NCBI GenBank assembly: GCA_965204375.1
Contig: OZ241986.1
Coordinates: 5,536,001-5,600,000, forward strand
Length of the DNA stretch: 64,000 nucleotides
Origin: Candidatus Latescibacterota bacterium
GTDB lineage: Bacteria > Latescibacterota > UBA2968
Direction of reading: 5' to 3'
Part shown: positions 57,076 to 64,000 of the stretch, in pieces
How positions within the stretch are numbered: the stretch's first letter is position 1
Layout of the letters: each line of letters opens with the position of its first letter
Notes under the pieces: model-generated
What the model saw: only the letters and a program-made list of their open reading frames with translations
What the model was told of the DNA's origin: nothing
Database searches by the model: none
Made by a program: the position numbers and the translations under genes

Positions 57076-57487
57076 GAAAGATCTTCCAGCGCAGGTAGAA
57101 GTACATTCCGACGTTGTCCCTCTTGCAACTCTGCCACTACCGCTTCCGGGATGTACACTTGCCCGGCGGTGCGGGTAGCAATTCCAACACGTCAGCTTGG
57201 TACAGATACTGAATTGGAGACGTATTACAGATGACGACGGGCACTGTCTAAGTCCTGTTGGAGGTCGTCCTCGGTCAGTTGGAAGGTATCGACGCCATAT
57301 TCGGCGAGCTTTGTCAAAAATAAGGGTTTGGGAATACCAGCGAGCTTGGCTGCCCCTCCCGAGGACAAACGGCCCAACTCGTAGAGCTTGATGGCGATGA
57401 GGAGCTTGGCCTCTTCGCTGAACTGCTTGGGGGTATATCCGCTAGCAGGACCTCGTCACTGTAGTCAATGGTCAATGTTCTCTTCAT
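57076..57487 (-). pseudogene. Decayed UPF0175 antitoxin and DUF3368 (PIN) toxin pair
   Basis: Fragments 'MKRTLTIDYSDEVLL', 'EAKLLIAIKLYELGRLSSG', 'VICNTSPIQYL', 'VYIPEAVVAEL' lie in shifting frames. Confidence 0.72.
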
Positions 57488-57600
57488 CGCGTCGTGCCTC
57501 TTTGAATGCGCTGTTGAATTGGGCGAATCAATCACCCGCCGCGCCCTTTAATTTGCACAGCGGTTGCCAACTCTTAAAGTTGCGTAACATCAGTGAGGAA

Positions 57601-58659
57601 TCAAGCGTCTTCTTCATTGCGTTCGTCCATAAAGGTATCCACTGCTGGGGTGGCAACCTCAATGAAACGCCTGAGTGTATCAGCCAGCGTTTCAGCGAAA
57701 TCGTCGTTCAGTTCATGACTGCCGAAATCAACTCGGATTCGACTCTCTTTTCTGTCGTGTAATTTGTCTTCTTGAATATCCAGGTTATCTAGGATGCTTA
57801 TCAGTGTATAGGCTTCATCTCCTAAACTTTTTTTTACGTAAAAGATGTGGTATTTGATTGCGACGAATGCATCGGTGCAGGATTCTGTATCCCCAGATGG
57901 ATTGATCCCGATTTCGTAGCTGAGTGCCCAAGGTGCCCCTTTTTCCCAGGGTGATCGCGAATACCATAAACGGTAAGAGCGGTGGCCTTCCTTGTGTTCG
58001 TTTGCCTGGGTGCTATTCTTGTCCGGCTTGATTTTTTCAGGCAGTCCGTCAGTAGCCAATAATGCGACTTTCCTGACAAAGTGCGTCACATCACCATTTG
58101 TTAGGTCGCTGTTTCGCATCGCACGATCCTCACGCCTCTGGAGATGTGTGCGAAAGTCATCTACGATGGTATTTTGCGTATCCTGAAATCCGTTCAGAAC
58201 ATCAAGGAGATCACGACGTAGAAAGTGGCCGCATTTGTCTTTGGGCGGGAGTTCTTCTTTTGATACGTTTCCTGTCTTGAGATACACTGGGACCAAATGA
58301 TCATAGCTACCCCTGTACCTTTTTTCTACGGTCTCTGTATAGCGTTCAATCTGGTTCGAGTGCTCTGTAGTGCTTACTTTGTCTTCGATGAGCAGGATGA
58401 TCCTGTTGGCATTTTTATCTATGTTGATTTCGACGAGAATGTCAATGTCGTTAACCTGAGTTTTAATATGAAGCGTCTCGATGAGTGGGAGACCTACCTC
58501 TTGAGTCCGAAGAAGTGAACGCAACAGTTCGGTGCCGAGGGCATGGAAATGCGGATGAGATTCGCGATATGTCGGGTCGGCCCACGCCAATATGTAGGCG
58601 ATGGTGGCGTCTTGTGCAAGTTCCTTTGTTGCGAATTCGTATAGATTAGGGATAGTCAT
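57601..58659 (-). CDS. PD-(D/E)XK nuclease family protein (PDDEXK_4-like)
   Basis: 'ATKEL.QDA...W', 'IDILV', 'LIEDK', 'E.S.QI.RY', 'YLKTG'. Confidence 0.8.
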   Translation of the reverse strand: MTIPNLYEFATKELAQDATIAYILAWADPTYRESHPHFHALGTELLRSLLRTQEVGLPLIETLHIKTQVNDIDILVEINIDKNANRIILLIEDKVSTTEHSNQIERYTETVEKRYRGSYDHLVPVYLKTGNVSKEELPPKDKCGHFLRRDLLDVLNGFQDTQNTIVDDFRTHLQRREDRAMRNSDLTNGDVTHFVRKVALLATDGLPEKIKPDKNSTQANEHKEGHRSYRLWYSRSPWEKGAPWALSYEIGINPSGDTESCTDAFVAIKYHIFYVKKSLGDEAYTLISILDNLDIQEDKLHDRKESRIRVDFGSHELNDDFAETLADTLRRFIEVATPAVDTFMDERNEEDA

Positions 58660-58666
58660 GCGATGC

Positions 58667-59911
58667 CTACACTTCTTGTAGAGATTTGGCGGCAAAGATC
58701 GTCAAGCGCAATTCTTCGTCGAACAATTCATAAACAGGCGTTTGACCGCTGAGGGTCTCGCTTTCGTTTAAGATGATGCCTACGCCCTCGCCTCGTCGCT
58801 CCAAAAAGTGTCGCCGGGTTACTTGTCTGCTCATTGTGTCATGCAAGGTGATTTCCGAGAGTAAGCGGGCGAGCAACTCATTGCGGGTGGCCTGTGCATA
58901 ACGCAAATTTTCTACTGTCACGGTGTTTGCCAATGCGCCAGGCGAATAGAGTTCGAGCCTGTCTGAAAACATGAACAACCGAATTTTCGAGCCAATTTTT
59001 GAGTAATCTCTGTGTACAACAGCGTTCACCAGGGCTTCAAAAACGGCTCGCATGCTGTATTGTGGTCGCTCAATTCTGCCAATGTCTTTGCGCGCTGATA
59101 CCTCATTGAATTTTTCGACAAATTTGAAGGCGTCTATGATCTGTTGGTCCAGGGGGCCCTTACAATCTTTGGCATCGATCTGGTAGTTTGCGTCCCTTTC
59201 CTTACTCCGATAAAAAACAGCTTGAATGAAACTGTTGTAGAGGTATTCATCGGGATTGTCATGGCACATTAACACACCGGCGACCGATGCGCGGTATTCT
59301 CGACCCTCTTTCACGAGCAAACGCCTTTTAAGCAGATCTTCGACTTCCTGATCGGGGAAGCCTTTGGGGATAAATCGCTGATAGAGGTCTTGTCTTAGTG
59401 TGTCTTTATTCGTGTTCGGTACGAACTGTTCATCAAAAGAGATAATACGCGCTTGTGAGCGAGCTTGTAACAATCTGCCCAATTGCTCCGTCGTCATTTT
59501 GCGCCTGGTATCCCCTTGTCGTAAAAAGAATCCGTTGCTGCTTTGATGTGCCCACAAGCTCCGTGTAATATTGATATAAACCAGTGTTTTTTGTTCTCCT
59601 GTCTCATCGGAAACCCGGATACTATCTACGAAATAATCTATGAGAGGAGGTTCTACAAGGTCGTGGCATATTTCCGTAATAAAATGAATCAGTTTCGGAA
59701 CATTTTCGATATCGATACCGAGGATTTCCCGATTATCGGAAACGCCGAAGATCACGACTCCCCCTTGCTGATTCGCAAAAGCTGCGATCTCATCGGATAG
59801 CCCATCCCGATGCGGCCTGAATTGTCCACCAACAAGTTTTACTTCTTTGAATTCAACACCGGAGCTTTCTCCCGATTGGATTTTTTCCAATATTTCTCGT
59901 TCGCTGAGCAT
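58667..59911 (-). CDS. Schlafen/AlbA_2 domain plus HATPase_c_4 (RecG-C-like) protein
   Basis: 'GES..VEFK', 'AFAN..GG.I.FGV.D', 'EALVNAV.HRDY', 'SPG', 'RN..L', 'E.RG.G'. Confidence 0.88.
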   Translation of the reverse strand: MLSEREILEKIQSGESSGVEFKEVKLVGGQFRPHRDGLSDEIAAFANQQGGVVIFGVSDNREILGIDIENVPKLIHFITEICHDLVEPPLIDYFVDSIRVSDETGEQKTLVYINITRSLWAHQSSNGFFLRQGDTRRKMTTEQLGRLLQARSQARIISFDEQFVPNTNKDTLRQDLYQRFIPKGFPDQEVEDLLKRRLLVKEGREYRASVAGVLMCHDNPDEYLYNSFIQAVFYRSKERDANYQIDAKDCKGPLDQQIIDAFKFVEKFNEVSARKDIGRIERPQYSMRAVFEALVNAVVHRDYSKIGSKIRLFMFSDRLELYSPGALANTVTVENLRYAQATRNELLARLLSEITLHDTMSRQVTRRHFLERRGEGVGIILNESETLSGQTPVYELFDEELRLTIFAAKSLQEV

Positions 59912-59969
59912 ATCAATTCTCCAGATGAATACGCTTGGCACATGCTCAAACGCCTACACTAAGAAGATC

Positions 59970-60434
59970 TTACTTCCTACGCTCATAATATACGACTGTG
60001 AATTGATCATACACCTCTTTTTTTGATATGATCCATTCATTTTCGTCAAATTCGGGGAAGTATTCATCGCCTGGGTATTCATCTTCGATGTACGATAGGA
60101 TCATCCGGTCGGCTTTTGATAGCGTGGCACGATAAATTTCGCCGCCTCCGCAGATGAATACTTCGCGGCTATAGGACCTGGCTTTTTCGATGGCTTCTTC
60201 GAGCGATCTGCACACATCTACGCCTTTTGTGTCGGGCATGGTTCGGCTCACGATGACATGCAGGCGGTCCGGCAGGGGTTTGCCGCCCCAGGATTGATAT
60301 GTCTTGCGCCCTACCAATAAGATATGTCCGGTTGTTGTGCGCCGAAAGTGCTTCGATTCTTCAGAGATGTGCCAGGGCATTTTGTTGTCCCGGCCTATGA
60401 CGCGGTTTTTGTCCATTGCAGCGATAATGGTCAT
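59970..60434 (-). CDS. folA: Dihydrofolate reductase
   Basis: 'IAA...N.VIG..N.MPW', 'GRKT..S', 'PLP.R', 'CGG.EIY', 'GD.YFP'. Confidence 0.95.
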   Translation of the reverse strand: MTIIAAMDKNRVIGRDNKMPWHISEESKHFRRTTTGHILLVGRKTYQSWGGKPLPDRLHVIVSRTMPDTKGVDVCRSLEEAIEKARSYSREVFICGGGEIYRATLSKADRMILSYIEDEYPGDEYFPEFDENEWIISKKEVYDQFTVVYYERRK

Positions 60435-60551
60435 GTTTTCTCCTGTTAGCGATCAGCTTTCAGCCCCAGTCCCTCGTCTTTAATCCGCGTCATCCTTTAA
60501 TCCGTTTAATCCGCGATCCGCCTTTCATCTGTGTGTATCTGCGAAAAACGC

Positions 60552-61778
60552 TCAAATTACTCGCGTTTTTTTCTGCGGATGCTTTTCGCTCTTCGCCCAC
60601 AGTGTCAGTCGGAGTTCGTCGCCGAATAGTTCGTACTCTGGGCGTCGGCCCGAATGTGCTTCGCCATCTTCCAGGATTTTCCGCACGCCTTCGCCGCGGG
60701 ATTCGAGGAATACCTGTCCGGTGCGCTTGCTGCGGATCCGCGATAGGAAATTGACCAACAATTGGTTGCGCGTGAATGTACGGTAAGGCATGTCGTCGAG
60801 CGTGATGGTGTTGGGCAATTTGCCGGGGCTGTATAGCTCCAGCCGGTCGGCGAACAGGAACAGGCGGATTTTCGAGCCAGCAATGGCGTAGTCGCGGTGG
60901 GCGACAGCATTGACTATGGCTTCGTCAACAACATCGAGGTCGTACGGGGGGGCAGCGTCGCGGTGCGGATGATGGCCAGCGACGAAAGCGATTCCGGCGT
61001 CGATTTGATCGGATACGGGACCGGCGAGGCGTTCGGCATGCACCAATTCATCGGATGACAGCCGGGTTCCTTCATAGCACGCGGCTTCAATGGCCCCGGA
61101 GGGGAGGAATTCGGTCGGCTCATTGGCAAAGACAAGCAGGCCAGCTATGGTCGGACGATCTACGCCGTTTTCGTCCTGGAAGGTCACCCGGGTGTTGCGC
61201 AGCAAGTCGAGATAGGGAATCGTTGGCGAGCGTCCGAAAAACGCTTCGAGCCGATTGCGGCTGAGGTCGTCAACTGTAGCGGTGAGTACAGGTTGCTCGT
61301 CGAATATGTACTCTCGGCCTCGCTGCTGGAATAGCCGTGCGAGTTCTGACGGTGTGAGGTCGCGTTTCGTGGAACCGATCCGCAGGTAATAACGCCCGCT
61401 TGATGTTCGGTGGACGTAAAGCCCGCGTGGAATTTCGGTTAGAAGTACGCATTGATCGTTTCCTGTGGTGTCCGGAAGCAATACCTTGCGCAAGATCGGT
61501 CGAATCGGCGGGTCGCAGTTGTGCGTTGCGATATTGATGACCCACTGTTCGACTGCATTGACACGCGCTGCTGGTATCCCACGCACGGTGCCCGAATCGT
61601 CGATGCCCAGAAATATCACGCCACCAGCCGCATTTGCCAGCGCAACCAACTCTGCGGCCATATCTTCGGTATTGGGTGAGATGACGCCGCGTGCCCCAAA
61701 GCGCACCTCTTTGAACTCGGCGTAGCCATCTTCCCCAGCGCGAAGTTGGTCTATAATCTGCTCTCTGCTGTCGAACAT
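60552..61778 (-). CDS. Second Schlafen/AlbA_2 plus HATPase_c_4 paralog
   Basis: 'GED..AEFK', 'LANAAGG.I.LGIDD', 'EAIVNAVAHRDY', 'SPG.LPN', 'ESRGEG'; higher GC than the first paralog. Confidence 0.88.
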   Translation of the reverse strand: MFDSREQIIDQLRAGEDGYAEFKEVRFGARGVISPNTEDMAAELVALANAAGGVIFLGIDDSGTVRGIPAARVNAVEQWVINIATHNCDPPIRPILRKVLLPDTTGNDQCVLLTEIPRGLYVHRTSSGRYYLRIGSTKRDLTPSELARLFQQRGREYIFDEQPVLTATVDDLSRNRLEAFFGRSPTIPYLDLLRNTRVTFQDENGVDRPTIAGLLVFANEPTEFLPSGAIEAACYEGTRLSSDELVHAERLAGPVSDQIDAGIAFVAGHHPHRDAAPPYDLDVVDEAIVNAVAHRDYAIAGSKIRLFLFADRLELYSPGKLPNTITLDDMPYRTFTRNQLLVNFLSRIRSKRTGQVFLESRGEGVRKILEDGEAHSGRRPEYELFGDELRLTLWAKSEKHPQKKTRVI

Positions 61779-61828
61779 CGCTCTATCTCCTGGGCAGGCA
61801 CAAGGCACTGCCCCTACATCATCTGTGT

Positions 61829-63187
61829 CTATCTGCGTCCATCTGCGGATGCTTTAACAGGCGCAATGTCCAATAGGGCGTTGGTTTTGACGACGTGTCC
61901 GATCAGGTCGTGTTCGGTTGCATCGGTGATTTCGACTTCGACAAAGTCGCCGATGTTTGCAGGGCCTGTGAAGAATACGGCGCCGTCGATTTCTGGGGCG
62001 TCCATTCGCGTGCGTCCGATGTAGTGATATGCCGGGTCGTCTGAGACTTCATCTACGAGTACTTTGAAGGTGCTTCCCAAATGTGCGGCGTTCAATTCGC
62101 CCGATATTTGCGCCTGCAATGCCATCAGGTCGTTCAACCGTTCGCGCTTGATGTCTTCGGGTACGTCGTCTTCCAATGCGCCCGCCTGCGTGCCTTCTTC
62201 GTGTGAATAGGTGAATCCGACGAGGCGGTTGAATTGCATTTCATCGACAAAGTCCATGAGTTCTGCGAAGTGTTCATCGCGTTCGCCGGGAAATCCGGTG
62301 ATGATTGATGATCGGATGGTCAAATTTGGTATGCGTTCGCGCAAGGTGTGGATGAGTTTTCGAATGCCCGCTTTTGTGGTGCCCCGGTTCATGGCTTTTA
62401 GTATGGGGTCTGATGCGTGCTGGATGGGCAGGTCGATGTAGGCGCACAATTTTTCTTCGGTTGCCAACAGGTTGATTAGCTCGTCGCGCCAACCGGTTGG
62501 ATAGGCGTATAACATCCGCACCCAGTCGAGTTTCTCGATTTGGATTAGTTCTTCTATCAGGTCTATCAGCCGGGGTTTGCCGTACAGGTCTGCGCCATAT
62601 CGCATGGTGTCCTGGGCGATGAGGGCGATTTCGCGGACGCCGTTGCCGACCATGCGATAGGCTTCGGCGATGAGACGATCCAGGTTTTCACTTTTGTTTT
62701 TTCCGCGAAAACTCGGGATGGCGCAAAATGCACATGTTCTGTCGCATCCGTCCGAGATTCGCAAGTACGCCCAGTGTTTTGGGGTGAGTAGATGGCGCGC
62801 TTCTGCATCTCGAATGGTGTGTATGCGCGATGTGCCCAACAGGTTATCACAGTGTGCGACGATTTCGCGTTCCCCGGCAAGGCCCACGATCATGTCTGCT
62901 TCGACGAGTTCGGTTTCCAATTCTGTTCGGTATCGCTCGGCCAGGCAGCCCGTGACGATGACGCCGCGACAGCGTCCGTTTTTTTTGTATTCGGCGGCGT
63001 CCATCACGGTTGCTATTGATTCTTCTTTGGCTGGTTCGATGAATCCGCAGGTGTTGACGACGATGATGTCGGCGTCTTCAGCGTCGTCCGAGATGTCGTA
63101 GCCATTGAGCTGGAGGAGGTGGTGCATGCGCTCGGAATCGACGGTATTTTTGGGACAGCCCAGGGTGATGAGGTTGATTGTTGGCAT
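61829..63187 (-). CDS. rimO: Ribosomal protein S12 methylthiotransferase
   Basis: 'LGCPKN.VDSE', 'NTCGFI..AK.ES', 'GC...C.FCAIP', 'DAPEIDG', TRAM domain. Confidence 0.96.
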   Translation of the reverse strand: MPTINLITLGCPKNTVDSERMHHLLQLNGYDISDDAEDADIIVVNTCGFIEPAKEESIATVMDAAEYKKNGRCRGVIVTGCLAERYRTELETELVEADMIVGLAGEREIVAHCDNLLGTSRIHTIRDAEARHLLTPKHWAYLRISDGCDRTCAFCAIPSFRGKNKSENLDRLIAEAYRMVGNGVREIALIAQDTMRYGADLYGKPRLIDLIEELIQIEKLDWVRMLYAYPTGWRDELINLLATEEKLCAYIDLPIQHASDPILKAMNRGTTKAGIRKLIHTLRERIPNLTIRSSIITGFPGERDEHFAELMDFVDEMQFNRLVGFTYSHEEGTQAGALEDDVPEDIKRERLNDLMALQAQISGELNAAHLGSTFKVLVDEVSDDPAYHYIGRTRMDAPEIDGAVFFTGPANIGDFVEVEITDATEHDLIGHVVKTNALLDIAPVKASADGRR

Positions 63188-63209
63188 AGGATATTTTTGG
63201 TTTAAAGGT

Positions 63210-63737
63210 TTATCGCATTGCCATCCAAATAGCCCATGCGTAGCTTGCGATGAGTAGTGCGATTATCGCGGCAAATACAATCGCTTTTGGTTTGCGCGCT
63301 GGTATGTTGAGGAGCATGGCTGCGGTCATTAAAAGATATGTGACGAATAAAATTTGTCCAACGCGTTCGTCGGGCAGGATAAAGCGCGTTGTGAATGCCA
63401 GCGGCAGGAGTAATACCGATGATGGCATTTCGTCCCGGTCTGTGTCTGACAATTTTATGGCGTAAATACCTGTATATCCGATGAGCAATGCGACGGATAA
63501 GGCGCCTTTTAATCCAAAGCAATAGGCAAAAATAGCGGGTGCAAAACCATAGGTGCAAATTGCAATGAGGCGGTTGAGGGCGACGTGTTTTGGGTCGCGC
63601 CAGATATTGAGCAGGGCGGCGAATAGCAGAGCTATGAGGGCGGCTTCGTATTGCGCGTGTATGGCATAGATCGCGATGCCAAAGGCAAAGAACAGGCCCG
63701 ATAGCGCGATTAATCTGGAGGGTGTTTTCGACTTCAT
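63210..63737 (-). CDS. Hypothetical integral membrane protein
   Basis: About 6-7 hydrophobic segments; coupled to the psd stop, faintly like CDP-alcohol phosphatidyltransferase TM regions. Confidence 0.65.
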   Translation of the reverse strand: MKSKTPSRLIALSGLFFAFGIAIYAIHAQYEAALIALLFAALLNIWRDPKHVALNRLIAICTYGFAPAIFAYCFGLKGALSVALLIGYTGIYAIKLSDTDRDEMPSSVLLLPLAFTTRFILPDERVGQILFVTYLLMTAAMLLNIPARKPKAIVFAAIIALLIASYAWAIWMAMR

Positions 63738-64000
63738 GATACGGCCTGTACGCCCAGTTGTGATCCCGCGTGTACCTGGACTTCGATGCCTGCTTGTGTG
63801 TCGCGGGTCAGGTCATTGTCAAAGACAATGCGCCCAGACTCAAACAGGAGTACCAGAGTAGATCCTCCAAATTGGAAGTAGCCCTTTTCCTGCCCTCGCT
63901 CTACATTGCCCGGCTGGTATGTTTGGACGATGCGCCCCACGCCCCAGCCCGCTACTTCCATGATCATGATGTGGCCAAAGTGTTCGGTTTCGAGGTATGT
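63734..64000 (-). CDS. psd: Phosphatidylserine decarboxylase, C-terminal part; 5' end outside window
   Basis: 'EV...VG.I', 'G.EKGYF.FGGST.VLLF' self-cleavage motif. Confidence 0.85.
   Translation of the reverse strand, partial: TYLETEHFGHIMIMEVAGWGVGRIVQTYQPGNVERGQEKGYFQFGGSTLVLLFESGRIVFDNDLTRDTQAGIEVQVHAGSQLGVQAVS

Noticed and set aside
1-64000. tRNA, rRNA, integrase, reverse transcriptase, cas genes or selenocysteine read-through
   Set aside because: None recognised by eye. tRNAscan-SE, Infernal and HMM searches would be needed to exclude them formally.

Overview
A 64-kb bacterial chromosomal window of roughly 50% GC. It is probably from a Latescibacterota/Gemmatimonadota-like diderm, possibly a sponge symbiont; this is inferred from the sulfatase/PhyH/TauD content and the C-terminal dockerin/EF-hand 'DFDGDG..DFL.F' tails. 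Housekeeping genes (lgt, cysS, hemB, sufE, folE2, rpmG/rpmB, chdC, purH, thyA, folA, rimO, psd) are interleaved with accessory DNA. The centre (20.8-44.5 kb) is a large metal/cofactor locus with three parts. First is a cobalamin-riboswitch-controlled corrinoid uptake and remodelling operon interrupted by a HicBA module. Second is a GC-rich acquired island carrying a leaderless Fur-family gene with its own operator, a Co-type ECF transporter, two COG0523 GTPases and a WD40 protein. Third is a Zrg-like ABC/DUF3299/MerC cluster and a TonB receptor preceded by a CxxC...RSPP leader peptide. Structure not shown by the ORF track includes: (i) an IS inserted exactly on the cysS start codon (target duplication ATGGAT); (ii) a ~160-bp MITE with nested REPs that splits an in-frame cbiM-cbiN fusion into two intact ORFs; (iii) two accessory cassettes bracketed by 86-100-bp duplications of neighbouring gene ends; (iv) a ZMP/ZTP riboswitch; (v) a Cys-rich MerR plus sigma-70 operon whose promoter is flanked by twin palindromic operators; and (vi) an uncharacterised HEAT-like plus ART-like gene pair. 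All calls were made by eye from motifs; no database searches were run.
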